A stretch of 64,000 nt of DNA from Candidatus Bathyarchaeota archaeon (GTDB taxonomy: Archaea > Thermoproteota > Bathyarchaeia > Bathyarchaeales > Bathycorpusculaceae). Position numbers and translations under genes: made by a program. Below, piece by piece: positions 50,743 to 62,458 of this stretch. Position 1 is the stretch's first letter, and the number at the start of each line of letters is the position of its first letter. The stretch is taken from contig CAVYHV010000017.1 of NCBI GenBank assembly GCA_963768425.1, forward strand, positions 160,001-224,000, in the 5' to 3' direction. The notes beneath the pieces are model-generated. The model saw only the letters and a program-made list of their open reading frames with translations, did no database searches and was not told the DNA's origin.

Positions 50743-52155
50743 CTAATTGAGGATGCTGTTTGCTCTTGCCCGAACTGCTCGTCTTGCGTGGGCGAGTATC
50801 AGTCGGGTTGCACCTAGTCCCCACATTTTTCCTTGTTTGAACATGCTCAAAGCGCTGACAAAGTATGCTGGGCTAAGGTAGAAGCTTTGGAACGCTTGTT
50901 CCCGGATTTGTGAGAGTTCCTGCATGGTGAAATTGGGAATCTCAAAGGTCGGCGTTGCAGTGTCGTATTTGTCAAAGTCAGTCACCTTCAGCCTCCCACT
51001 AGCTTTCACCTCTTCATATAGCGGTGTCCCAGGGTAAGGCGTCGCAATATAGAAGCCGACGTCGTTGGGATTCAACTCCTTCACGAAGCGAATTGTTTCC
51101 CAAACGGTTTCTTTGGTTTCGCCGGGGAAACCCAAAATGACGCCTGCAACCGTCATCAAGCCAGCTTCTTTCGCCCATTTGAAAGCCCGTCTTGTCTGCG
51201 TTATCGAGAAGCCCTTTCCCATGCTAGTAAGAAGCGTCTTTGAACCTGACTCTACACCGAACCAAACAGCGATGCAGCCAGCTTCCCGCATCTTAACAAA
51301 TAATTCTTTGGAAACCATATCCACCCGGGTTTCACAGTCCCACTTGATTTTGAGTCCTCTGCTCATGATTTCGTCGCATATCTCCATCGTCCGTTCTTGG
51401 TTAACTGTGAAGGCGTCATCGTAAAACGTAAATTGTGTCGCATAGTAATTTTTGTGCAGAAACTCTAATTCGTCAACCACGTTTTTTGTGCTTCGCATGC
51501 GGTATTTTCTGCCGAACATCCGTACGGTTGTGCAGAAGTTGCACCAGTAAACGCAGCCGCGGCTAGTCATAACTGGGTAAGGTATGGTTCCGTATTTGCG
51601 CAAGTTCGCTGTGTGCTGCCAAAGATGCAGCGCGGGAAATGGTAAGCTGTCAAGGTTCTCCAAAGGTGGTCTGTCGGCGTTCCTTTGTACCCCCGATCCA
51701 TCTCTACAGGTAGTGCCGATGAGATCGTGGTACGATTCGCCGTTTTCGAGTCGTTGCGCGAGTTCAAGAATGGTGGTCTCCCCTTCGCCTCTGACTATAA
51801 TGTCGATTTCGGGGCATTCTCGAAGGGCGTTTTCGTCCCAAAAGGTGACGTGGGGTCCTCCAACGGCAGTTAGGCAGTTTGGCCAAACCTGCTTAGCTAT
51901 CTTCACTATACATAGCGCTGACTTGTAAGTGAGAGTGGTACAGGTGACTCCAACCATGTCAGGTTGAACCTTGCGGATTTCCTCTTTGAATTGGCTGTGA
52001 GTAAGTTTTTGCGCTTGGCAATCAATCACGTTAACATTAAAGTGGTTCTTGTACAACACGGCGCCCAAGTACCCGAGTCCAAGCGGCATGAAAGGCGGAT
52101 GTTGATGGGAACCAGCAGGGTACGGTGGATTGACAAGAGTTATGCGAGTTTTCAT
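50743..52155 (-). CDS. Cobalamin-binding radical SAM enzyme 3
   Basis: LVNPP, PLGLGY, GGPH, GEGE, SRGCVYWCNFC, YDDAF, GVESG, PYPGT. Confidence 0.92.
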   Translation of the reverse strand: MKTRITLVNPPYPAGSHQHPPFMPLGLGYLGAVLYKNHFNVNVIDCQAQKLTHSQFKEEIRKVQPDMVGVTCTTLTYKSALCIVKIAKQVWPNCLTAVGGPHVTFWDENALRECPEIDIIVRGEGETTILELAQRLENGESYHDLIGTTCRDGSGVQRNADRPPLENLDSLPFPALHLWQHTANLRKYGTIPYPVMTSRGCVYWCNFCTTVRMFGRKYRMRSTKNVVDELEFLHKNYYATQFTFYDDAFTVNQERTMEICDEIMSRGLKIKWDCETRVDMVSKELFVKMREAGCIAVWFGVESGSKTLLTSMGKGFSITQTRRAFKWAKEAGLMTVAGVILGFPGETKETVWETIRFVKELNPNDVGFYIATPYPGTPLYEEVKASGRLKVTDFDKYDTATPTFEIPNFTMQELSQIREQAFQSFYLSPAYFVSALSMFKQGKMWGLGATRLILAHARRAVRARANSILN

Positions 52156-52283
52156 GTTCTCCCCTAAAGCAATAGAGTTTATGCCTTGTGCTTCATTTAC
52201 TTTATGCAATACCACATATTTTCCGGCCAGACATCCAAAACATCAGAGAAAATGCAGTGCGGGCGTCAAAAGCGACGGGATTT

Positions 52284-52991
52284 TTACTTGGGCGTTTCTT
52301 TGGGTTTTAGGTGGCATTCTTTTATGTCCATGTAGAGCCAGTTTCGTTTCCAATTTTTGGATTTTTCCTTCTTTTTCTTAGTTTTGAATTTGTCTATGCT
52401 CAAAGAATCTTTAAACAGAGGCGCTTCGACCACGGTGCTGTGGTAGCCTTGTCCGTCTTCGCTGGCTACGTCGATGCCTTTTTCGTCGGCTAAGGATTTG
52501 AGTTCCTTGACGGATTCTGGGTCAAGTTTTCTTCCCAGCCATTCTTCGCCGAAAAAGTTGGTGTTGATACAGTTTAAGACCGGTCTTAGGCCTGTGACCA
52601 CAGCATCTTTAAGCACTTCGTATGTGTCGCCCTCGTTAGGCATCAAGAAGGCTAACCCCAACTGTTTGGCCATACTCTCATAGTAGCTTGAGTGTACAAT
52701 GGCGCAGCCTGCACCAGCTATGTCTCCTGTAACGATGCCTTCGATGCCCGCCTCGTCCTTCAGTTTGCTTAGGGCGCCAAGGATGTCTTCGTACGGCTTT
52801 TTGATTCTGACAACTTTAAGGGGTGTGCCCAGTGTTTGGGATTGGAGCTGCATCATCTGGAAACTGTGGAATACGTAGGGACGCTGGTATTCGAAGCTGA
52901 GCAGACAAGCGACTTGGTGCCCCTGCGCTATGACTTTGTGGTAGGCTAAGCAGCATTCTTTACCTCCGCTCCAGTGGACGACAACTTTCAT
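52284..52991 (-). CDS. DUF71/Dph6-like ligase (copy 3, divergent)
   Basis: HWSGGKEC, TGDI, WLGR, DVASEDGQGYHS.V.EAPLF. Confidence 0.78.
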   Translation of the reverse strand: MKVVVHWSGGKECCLAYHKVIAQGHQVACLLSFEYQRPYVFHSFQMMQLQSQTLGTPLKVVRIKKPYEDILGALSKLKDEAGIEGIVTGDIAGAGCAIVHSSYYESMAKQLGLAFLMPNEGDTYEVLKDAVVTGLRPVLNCINTNFFGEEWLGRKLDPESVKELKSLADEKGIDVASEDGQGYHSTVVEAPLFKDSLSIDKFKTKKKKEKSKNWKRNWLYMDIKECHLKPKETPK

Positions 52992-53180
52992 ACTTTACCC
53001 CTCTCCAGTCTGGAAAAGGCACTTGAAAGGGCTATAAACCTTTTCGTAAACATAATCTGCGGCTTCCACCACAGGCGAAAACAGCAAAAACAAACAATAA
53101 CATCGGCCCAAGCATTGGTTCAGTTAAAGCTATTAACTCGCGAATAATCAAAGATAGCAAAAGTTCACGGGAGACGCAAC

Positions 53181-54579
53181 GTGCCAAACCAAGAAAAACA
53201 TTTGATTCTTTTAATGACTACAGCGCCACCAGAAAACAGCGCATGGTACCTAGGCAAGCGGTTGCCTCCAATCGGCTTAATGTACGTTGCAGCAGCACTT
53301 GAAAAAGCAGGCTTTGACGTGCAAATGCTCGACAACTACCTCATGAAAAAGCCAGTAAGTGAACTCAAACAGTTAGTTACAAGTCTTAACCCGAAAATCG
53401 TGGGGATTACATGCGGTTCAGCAACCTACAGACGCTGCATAGAAACTGCAAAAGCAATCAAAGAGGTTCTTCCCGGTTGCAAAATAGTTGTAGGAGGATG
53501 GCATGCCTCGTACGTGCCTGATAGCCTACTTGAAAACCCAGAAATCGACTATGTAGTCATGGGCGAAGGAGAACGTGCGGTTACCCAACTTGCTACTTGC
53601 ATCGTGAACGACAATGAACCTCAAGCAATGACACTTGCTGGTGTTGCATGCAGACGCCAAGGCAAAAACATCAAGAACCCGCCAAAATTCATTGAGAACA
53701 TGGATGAAATTCCATACCCCGCCAGACATCTGCTACCGCTTGAACTCTACGACCGAACAATAGAGTACCTAAACGTTAAACCATCCGACGTCATGAGTAT
53801 CGCGAGAGGATGCGTCTACAACTGTGGTTTCTGTGAAACACGCAAACTGTGGGGTAACATTTGCCGAGCTTTCACTCCCCAAAGGGTTATCGGCGAAATC
53901 AAAGACTTGCAGAGCAGATACGGCACAAAAGGAATCTACTTCATCAACGACAACTTCACTCTTAGAAAAAAAGAAACTCTTGAACTCTGCAACCTAATGG
54001 TAAAGGAAAAACTCGACTTAGAATGGGTATGCGACACCAGGGTCGATTTAGTCGATCAGGAACTTCTGGAGGCCATGAACAAAGCAGGATGCAAAACCAT
54101 TTGGTTCGGGGTCGAATCAGGCTCTCAAAGGATTCTTCAGCGCATCGGCAGAAACACAACCCTTGGAGCAGATTGAAACCGCATTCAAACTCTGCCGCAA
54201 AAACGGAATGCAGACAGCTTGCTCTTTCATGCTTGGCGTTCCAGACGAAACACTCAAAGAAATGGAAGCGTCACTTAAGTTCGCCAAGAAACTTGATCCT
54301 GACTGGTGCATATTTAACATCTTCATTGCTAATCCAGACAGCCGACTCTACCAAGAAGTCTTAGACTCAAAAAACTACACACAACTCGACGACTTTTTGC
54401 TCGCCGTAAAAACCAAAGAGTGGGACTACAACTCGTTGCTGGCGGTTCAACGCAGGTTCTTCAGGGACTTTCACCGTTCTCCCAAACAAATCATGAAGAG
54501 AATCAGGCGTGAAGGCGTCGTGAACTTTGCAAAGCGAAGATTAAATCCCAAAGCACACCAAAACGTTGGAATCGCATAG
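53181..54579 (+). CDS. Cobalamin-binding radical SAM enzyme 4, frameshifted near 54165
   Basis: PPIGLMY, GGWH, GEGE, RGCVYNCGFC, GVESG; close paralog of enzyme 2. Confidence 0.9.
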
Positions 54580-54602
54580 CTATTTTTTAGCTATCCAACA
54601 AC

Positions 54603-55399
54603 TCATCTCAGGGCTGCAGAGAAGACGATAAAATGACTGCAAGCGGGCTGGGAATCCACGTGCTTGTTTCGTAGTAGTCTGATACGCTTAGAAAACAGAT
54701 AGTTTTCATTTTTGAACACGCGCCCTATGCTATCATGGTCTAGAGCGTGCTCTTTTTTGTGCCAGTAATCAGACAACTCATAATCGATTGAAGGAACTTT
54801 CAGCCCAGTGATTTGAAAATACAAACTGTTTAACAGCGGGTTCGAGTGCAAATAGATTCCTTTCACAATGGTTGATAGGCTGCTTGGTTCATTTTTCCAG
54901 TAGAAAGGGGAGGCTTCGTGGTCAAGGTACATTACGCCGCCTTTCTTTAGAAAAACGGAGAGGCAATGGAGAGCGCCGACATAGTCGGGCAGATGATGAA
55001 GCACGGAGTAGCATGTCACTAAGTCAAATTTTCCCTCTTCAAAAGACAACTCTTCAATGGGCGAACAAATCACGGTTAACTTGTTGTTTTGCAGGTACCC
55101 GGGGTATTTTCTTTTAAGAATCGCGCACATTTCCTGCGAGATATCCACAGCTGTTACGGTGTAGCCCATCTGCAAAAGTTTGCCTGTTAGGTTGCCGGTG
55201 CCTGCTCCAACATCCAAGAGCTACTTTGTGGTTTTCCGTTACAAGCTTGTCGATCTTCTTGCAGTTTAGCAGCTGTTCTTTTCTGTTCTTGTTTTGAGTA
55301 CACTTCTGGGTGAAGCAGTTCATAGTATTGTGCTTCAAGATGGTGGACAGTTATGTTTGCTTGATGAATTTTTTCTTTAAGCGTTGGGTCTTGAAGCAA
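54603..55399 (-). CDS. Class I SAM-dependent methyltransferase, frameshifted near 55215
   Basis: DVGAGTG, AVDIS..M, FDLV...SVLHH, LKKGG. Confidence 0.85.
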
Positions 55400-55526
55400 C
55401 GTGTACTCCCCACTTTAGCGGGTTAGTCTTGCCAATAAACGCTTTTCAACATTTAAAGAATTTGAAAAATGCTGGTTTAATAGTTAAATAAAAAAGAAGG
55501 GGGAAATGGTTTTTCCCTTGGTTGTT

Positions 55527-58297
55527 TTATGCGTGTTTTCTCATCATAAGAAGCGCTAATACTGCGCCGATTATGATTATCACGATGATGATTGCGATGC
55601 CTACGTATTCGACTGTTGATTCACTTGCTACTCCGGTAAGTGGTGTTGCAGTTGGTGCTTCGGTTGCATGTGCTCCGGTTGCGTACGAAGCTTGTTTCTG
55701 CAGATGATGGCCAGTAGCCGTTGGTGCCTGCGAAAGTGGCGAATACTGTGAAGTTGCCTGCGATTGTTGGTGTGTATGATAGGGTGTACATGCCGCTTGC
55801 GTCAGTTGTTGCTGTTCCGACTGGGTAGTGGTTTCCGTTAGAGTCTAAGACTGCGATTTGCACTTTAACGCCTGTGAAGTTGGTTGGCATATGCCTGTTG
55901 CTGGTAGACGTAGCCCATCCATGCTTGCATGCTTGCGTCAGAGGCGCATGGGACACCGTTTGGAAAGTCGCCTTTCTGCTGTGTTCCCTGTGTGCCAGTT
56001 GCAGTATCCACGACTGAACCGCGTATCACTACTGGTACTCCGACTGTTGTTGCAACGTTTGGTGCGTCGACGGTTGTTTGGCTGGGTCCTCTGCCTACGA
56101 CGTAGATTGAGTTGTCGTAGCCGTTGAACCAGGTGTTATAGCCGTCTGCCATAGCATATGAAGTTGTGAAGAATTCGCCTGTGTAGCCTGAAAGACTCCA
56201 TATTTCTTGTCCGGTTGTAGCGTTAATAGCGACGTTCACTCCGCCCTTGAAAAGCGGTGTTTCGATAGTGTGCTCTGTGGTTACCATGTATACTACGCCG
56301 TTGCCGATTGCGTTGATCTGCATTGGGTAAACACCGAATGGAGTGTTAAAGCCAGCGTATGAACTGTTGGTAGAGCCTGTTGCGCCATTACCCCAAGTCC
56401 ACAGTAGGTTTCCAGTAGTCAAGTCCCAAGCAGTAGAGTATTCCTGCGTAGCCTGTGCTGTAGAGTTTTCCGTTAGCTGCGACTCCTCCGATGATTGGAA
56501 TTGCTGGGTTGCCGTAGTAGTCAAGAGCCGCCATTGACGCGGTTGGACCCCAAAGCTTCTGACCTGTCGACATGCTGTAGCCTACCCATTGCATGGTTTC
56601 TTTGTATGCTTCTGTGAAGACGCCGTGACCGCCGTTAGCTGTTATATCTGCCGGACCTGGTTCTACTGTGATGTTTCCTGCTGGTGCTTGTAACCGTGTT
56701 AGTCCACAGAACAGTGCCAACGCTGCCTGGTGCCATGTTTATGCCATAGTATGTGTAAGGTGTCCAGACTATCGGATGGAGAATGTCTGCAAAAGGGCCA
56801 CCTGGGAAAGTGCCAGTTGATCACAATCAGCTTCCTTGTTGTAGAAAGCATCTTGTATCGTAGGTGCGGCTGGTAAGGGTCGGCATCGAAATGTTAAAGT
56901 CTAACAAGGCTTGGGATTGCTTCCGTTGAGTATAGTGTCGGACCGGACTTAGGCTTGGCACTGTTGAAGCACCGGAATATGTATTGTCCCATAGTTTGGA
57001 TGAGTTCCATTCTTGCAAGTACACTTTTAGAGGTCCTGAAGGAACGGTAACCGGAATGGGATAGTCATTGTGAGTTGGTCCGTAGTTTACGAAGGATATG
57101 TGACGAGATATTCGCCTGATGGACCCGAGCATCGTTGTGCCGGCGGGAACATTGGTTATGTTGAAAATCGATGTTCCTGTGAAGGCATCATAGGCATACC
57201 AGTTGCCTGGAGCACCGGCTCCGAAGAGTACCACCGTTGAGGCAGTTGAAGATATTAGCACTGGTGGCCAGACGCCGTGTTGGTTAGGGTCTTCAGCATC
57301 ATATATGTATGCGAAGCTGATATGCTTTCATGTTTGGGTTAGTCCAAAGTGTCTGTCCTGTTTGCAGGTCAACGCAGGTTGTTGCTCCGTATCCTTGTGC
57401 AACCGGTTCCTCCTGCGACACCAGACCAGCCTATCTGGTTGGTGTAGATGAGCATTCCGTCGACGATTATTGGGTTGGTGTATCTTTGGCTGTATGCTGA
57501 TCCTTCGAAGTAGGTGTTTCCTGGAATAGCAACTGTGTTTCCTCCGACGACTCCGCCGCTTTGAATCTGTTTAGTCCACATGACATGGCTGGTTAGTGAT
57601 CCGACTGCATCGCCTGGGAATGATTGCTGGTTTGAAGTTCCGCCCCAGCCTGCGTAGCCTGGGCTTCCGGTGCCTAGCCAGTTTGACGAGAGGGTGTACC
57701 AATAGGTGTTTTCGCCGTAGATTGGTCGAGTCCAGTATGCCGTTGGTAGTGGGCCGCTTGCCGTCGCTCCAGCAATGGGTGAAGATTGCACAGTGAGAGT
57801 TGTTGATGCGGTGCTTGGTGCATAGGTATCATTGATATATGCGTTCGGAAAGTTGGTGGACCAAAAAGTGTGGCCTCAGATTAGCATCGTTGGCGAGCGT
57901 TAGTGTCTGTCCTGGGAATATGAATGTTAACTTGTAGGTGCCAACTGTATTTGGAGTGAAGGCGTAGTCTTGTGCGGATGTCGTGTCTTGAACCACTGGG
58001 AAAGTTTCTGTTGTGTTTGTGCCGTCTGGAGCCGTAATAACCAGCTGGTAATCATGGAATCGATAGTTGTTAATTGTATAGCGTGTTGTCATAGAGCTTG
58101 TCAAGCCACATGATAACGTACGCTTGCTGGCCGACGCCGATTGGGTTAGGTGATACAGTGATAAAAGCGTATGTTGGAATAGTCCATGCGGGTGTATGTG
58201 CATTTGCGGAGGGTATAAGCATCATTGAAGCTGTCATTGAAAATATGAATAGTATCGAAATTGCAATAGAGATTGTTTTGTTTTTTCCAATTTGCAT
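55527..58297 (-). CDS. Large secreted PQQ-like beta-propeller surface protein with a C-terminal TM anchor, heavily frameshifted
   Basis: Signal peptide ...PSANA; fragments VSPNPIGVGQ, PLPTAYWTRPI, repeated TGxxLW blades, GVPCASDASM..WM, Thr/Pro linker, TM helix and RKHA tail. Confidence 0.75.
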
Positions 58298-58808
58298 TTT
58301 TTCTTTTCTCCTTAAAATTGGTAGGTTATACTACGGAGAAGTTTACTTATAAGTTTATTGCTGGGCATTCAAATTAGCGCTTCTTTTGTTATCTAAAAGT
58401 TTTCTTTTTAAACCTTTCAGTTCCAAAGTTTACACTAAGAAATTGACTGCAAAGCAAAGTTTCAGTTGAAGCTAGCTTGATTTGAAGAATCTGAATCGCT
58501 CAGGTTACTATTTATTGCCGTTTAGTTAACGAATGGTTACGTTTAACTCGTACGCACAAGATTAATTGAATTAAGCGTTTGAAAACCAAGCAACCCCGTT
58601 TATCTACCTCTTAGTTAACAAGATAGCCGAAAAGAAGAATATTTTGTCTTCAAGCAACATTTGAAACTTGCCATTTGTTGCTCATTCAGAAAGATGGACC
58701 TTCAAACCAAAAAGGCAACCGTATTTTAAACATTGTGAAGAGAAATTTTATATAAAACGCTCATATGTTTGGCTGTTATATCTTTCAACATCTAAGGGTT
58801 AATGGAGT

Positions 58809-59831
58809 TTGGCGGCAAAGATAGATGAAATCGATGCGAAAATTATTAAAATCCTACTTTTAGAATCGCGGACAAGCTTCACCGACATAGCTGCTGAATG
58901 CAAAATAACCGTGACCGCGGTTCGGATGCGTTATAAACGTTTATGGAGAGACGGCGTAATTAACGGTGAAAAAATGCTTGTCAATCCCCACTGCCTGGGT
59001 TATCCGCATATTGCAGATTTGGGAATGATAACTTCGGTTGAAAACGAGGAAGAAGTCAAAAAATTTCTTGAAAGCAAACCTTACATAGGCGAATTGATCG
59101 GTCCCTTGGGGCATTACAGTTTTTGGGGAAAAGTCGCCTTACGTGAACTAAACAAACTTCATGACATAATCGAGGATTTAGAGTCAAACAGCAACATCAA
59201 GCATGTTGACGCGTTTATCTGGGCAGAAGCCATAAACGTTGAGTTCCCGCAAAACCTGATTATCAACCCGTTAGATCGGGAGAACCCTCAGAAAATCGTG
59301 GAGCAACCACCCTTAATTAACCTAAACCAAGCAGCATGTGCCTTTGACGAAGTCGACAAGAAAATTGCGTTAATTCTCACGCAGAACTCCCGCACCCCTT
59401 TCAAAAGCATCGCGGCAGAATTGAAGATTTCAAGCAAAACCGTAATTCAACGATACAAGAAGCTCCGGGAAACCCTGTTGACCCGTTCAACCATAACCAT
59501 CAACCTACATAAGCTCGGGTACAACGCACTCGCTAACGTTTTCATAAAAGTTTCGAACCGCAGCAAAATGCCCGACCTATACTCTCAGCTGCTTCAAATT
59601 CCCAACGTAATAGTTATCATGCGGCAGATAGGAGCCTACGACTTGTACTGCGCGATTCCCTTGGAAGATTTCGAGAAACTGTTTGAAGCCAACGAGAAAA
59701 TTCTGAGGATCGCCGGAGTTGAAACAGCAGAAGTTTACCTTACACCAGTTCCGCCTGCTTGGCCGCTGAATTTGTTCCCTTCGCTGATTGAAAGCGAATA
59801 CATGAAGCCGAAGTATTGGCCTGGCAAATAA
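58809..59831 (+). CDS. Tandem (double) Lrp/AsnC family transcription regulator
   Basis: Two HTH-AsnC units: IDEIDAKII..L...SRTSF..IA and FDEVDKKI...L..NSRTPF..IA. Confidence 0.9.
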   Translation: MAAKIDEIDAKIIKILLLESRTSFTDIAAECKITVTAVRMRYKRLWRDGVINGEKMLVNPHCLGYPHIADLGMITSVENEEEVKKFLESKPYIGELIGPLGHYSFWGKVALRELNKLHDIIEDLESNSNIKHVDAFIWAEAINVEFPQNLIINPLDRENPQKIVEQPPLINLNQAACAFDEVDKKIALILTQNSRTPFKSIAAELKISSKTVIQRYKKLRETLLTRSTITINLHKLGYNALANVFIKVSNRSKMPDLYSQLLQIPNVIVIMRQIGAYDLYCAIPLEDFEKLFEANEKILRIAGVETAEVYLTPVPPAWPLNLFPSLIESEYMKPKYWPGK

Positions 59832-59928
59832 CGAATTCCGTCAAAAGTTTCTTACTTTGCGTTTTTTTCCCAAAATGCGAAATGTTTAAGCATCAAACGG
59901 ACATTTTTGAGGGGTAAACAGTGAAGCT

Positions 59929-61323
59929 GTGAACCACAAAATGAAGCCTCATGTTACTCTCGTTAACCCAGCGGCTCCAGCTATGGCTGTGATGCACCTG
60001 CCGTTCGCTCTTTTAGGCCTAGGGTATTTGGGCGCGGTTTTGGAGCAAAACCAGTTCCCAGTCGATGTAATTGATTGCCAGGTACTCAAGTTATCTTTTG
60101 AAGATTTCAGAGCCGAGATATCTAAACGTCAGCCAGATATCGTAGGGTTCACCTCATCCACATTGACGTACAATACCGCGATGAAGCTAGTTAAGATCGC
60201 AAAAGAGGCTTGCCCCAAATGCATAACAGTTGCCGGCGGCGCCCACGTTACGTTTTGGGATGACAAGGCCCTTGAAGAATGCCCGCAGCTCGACGTCGTT
60301 GTAAGGAAAGAGGGAGAGTACACGTTGTTGGAGCTGGCGCAGAGAGTTGAAGCAGACAAAAGCTTCGATGACGTGATCGGGACAACCTGCAGAAAGGACG
60401 GAAAAATAATCAGGAACCCCGATCGACCATACATCGAAGATTTAGATTCGTTACCGTTTCCGGCGCGGCATCTTTGGCCAATGGAGCGTTTCCGTGAATT
60501 GGAAGATATACTTTACCTTGCAACGAGTCGAGGATGTGTGTATTGGTGCGAATTCTGCTCAACAGTGAGAATGCACGGCCGCAAATACCGAATGAGAAGC
60601 CCAAAAAACGTCGTTGACGAAATCGAACTTCTGCATAAAACTTATGGCATCAGCAAATTCACGTTCTGTGACGACGCTTTCACCGTTGACCAGCCCAGAG
60701 CCGAGGAGTTATGCAACGAAATCATGAAGCGCGGCTTGAAGATCGAGTGGAACTGCGGAACAAGAGTTGACATGCTCACCAAAGACTTGCTTTTGAAAAT
60801 GAAGAATTCGGGCTGCATAACAGTGTGGTTCGGCGTTGAATCAGGTTCCCAGCAAGTCTTAGACGCCATGAAAAAAGGCATCACCCCCGAATTAACCATG
60901 AAAGTTCTCGGTTGGCTAAGCGAACTGGGCATGACGCCTATCCCCAACGTTATCTTAGGCTTCCCAGGAGAAACCAAGGAAAGCGCATGGAAAACCATCA
61001 GGTTTGTTGAAAAAATATCTCCTCACGACACCGGCTTCTACAATGTTGCGACGCCGTTTCCAGGAACGCCGATGTATGACATGGTGAAGGAGAAAGGCTG
61101 GCTTAAAGTGACTGATTTTGACATGTACGACACCTGCCACCCCATCTTTGAAACTCCGACAATGAGTATGAAAGAGCTTGGGAAACTGCGACAAGCCGCG
61201 TACATGCACTTCTACCTTCGCAGAGGATACTACTTTGACAAAAGAAGAAGATTCAAACTGAATACAGCGCTGGTTGTTGGGTACAATCTTGTTGCGTACA
61301 TCAAGCTAAAACTTAGGAAATAG
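59929..61323 (+). CDS. Cobalamin-binding radical SAM enzyme 5
   Basis: LVNP, LGLGY, GGAH, EGE, SRGCVYWCEFC, CDDAF, GVESG, PFPGT. Confidence 0.92.
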   Translation: MNHKMKPHVTLVNPAAPAMAVMHLPFALLGLGYLGAVLEQNQFPVDVIDCQVLKLSFEDFRAEISKRQPDIVGFTSSTLTYNTAMKLVKIAKEACPKCITVAGGAHVTFWDDKALEECPQLDVVVRKEGEYTLLELAQRVEADKSFDDVIGTTCRKDGKIIRNPDRPYIEDLDSLPFPARHLWPMERFRELEDILYLATSRGCVYWCEFCSTVRMHGRKYRMRSPKNVVDEIELLHKTYGISKFTFCDDAFTVDQPRAEELCNEIMKRGLKIEWNCGTRVDMLTKDLLLKMKNSGCITVWFGVESGSQQVLDAMKKGITPELTMKVLGWLSELGMTPIPNVILGFPGETKESAWKTIRFVEKISPHDTGFYNVATPFPGTPMYDMVKEKGWLKVTDFDMYDTCHPIFETPTMSMKELGKLRQAAYMHFYLRRGYYFDKRRRFKLNTALVVGYNLVAYIKLKLRK

Positions 61324-61425
61324 AAACACAAAAAAGTCTCAGAGGAAACGCAGGGAAACAATTCTTTTTCCTTCTTGACCGTAATTGATATTAGTTTTTG
61401 CCACAATGTTTAGCGTAAACCTTGG

Positions 61426-62421
61426 TTGGTGTCAAACGTTCCGCTCCTTACCATATTGGTCGCCGTCGCCGTCATGACTTTAGCAATTGCCTTAGATTTG
61501 GCTGTGGGAGACCCTTCTCCGAATTACCCTGACAAGTGGGTCTTCAAGCTTCACCCAACCGTAGTCATGGGTAAATACACCAAGAAAATTGAGCCATACT
61601 TCAAGAACCCAGACCCGAAAGTGGAAAAGTTCCTCGGCGCCCTCTTGGCGCTGACGGTAATAGCCACCTTCGCGGTCCCAGCCTATTTTGGCTTATGGGC
61701 AATCTACACTTACATAAGCATCTTCGTTTACGCGTTCGTCGGCATAATACTGGTGAAAATGACCATTTGCATCAAGCTTGAAACTGATTGGGCAAAAGCA
61801 GTAGCCAAAGCGATTCAGGCGGACGAGATTGCAGAAGCCAAGAAGTACAGTCACTTCTCGAGGAGAGACTCAACAGATCTCAACGGTCCACAGATGGGCA
61901 GCGCAGTAATCGAGTCCATGGCTGAAAATCTGATCGACTTCAAACTCTCGCCCATGATGTCCTTCGCCCTGTTCGGTGTTACAGGCGCAATCGCTTTTAG
62001 AGCAATCAACACGCTTGACGGAATGGTAGGCTTCAAAGACAAAGAGCACATCAACACAGGATGGTTCAGCGCAAACCTTGACACCGTCGTCAACTACATA
62101 CCAACAAGGCTTACTGCCTTGCTAATGATTGTGGCAGCAGCTATATTGCGGAAAGACGCTAGGAACGCTTGGAGAATCGCTTGCAGAGACCACAAGAAAA
62201 CGCCAAGCAGAAACCATGGTTGGCCAATGGCTGCGATGGCTGGTGCTTTGCGGATTCAGTTGGAGAAGCCTGGGCAGTACGTTTTGGGGGACAGTCAAGA
62301 GCCTTTGACGGGTGAGAAGATTTTGGGTGCCCTGCGGATTAGGGACGTGACGATTGTTCTTTGGGGGCTGATTTGCGTTGGGGTCATTGTGGGTGTGCGC
62401 TTGTACTTTTTGCCGATTTAG
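61426..62421 (+). CDS. cbiB: Adenosylcobinamide-phosphate synthase CbiB
   Basis: LD..VGDP...HP, ES.AEN..D, FRAINTLDGMVG, LDT..NYIPTRL, PS.N.GWP.AAMAGAL. Confidence 0.92.
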   Translation: MVSNVPLLTILVAVAVMTLAIALDLAVGDPSPNYPDKWVFKLHPTVVMGKYTKKIEPYFKNPDPKVEKFLGALLALTVIATFAVPAYFGLWAIYTYISIFVYAFVGIILVKMTICIKLETDWAKAVAKAIQADEIAEAKKYSHFSRRDSTDLNGPQMGSAVIESMAENLIDFKLSPMMSFALFGVTGAIAFRAINTLDGMVGFKDKEHINTGWFSANLDTVVNYIPTRLTALLMIVAAAILRKDARNAWRIACRDHKKTPSRNHGWPMAAMAGALRIQLEKPGQYVLGDSQEPLTGEKILGALRIRDVTIVLWGLICVGVIVGVRLYFLPI

Positions 62422-62458
62422 TGCAAAGTTTTAATCAAAGCGCCAATGGTATTATGGC

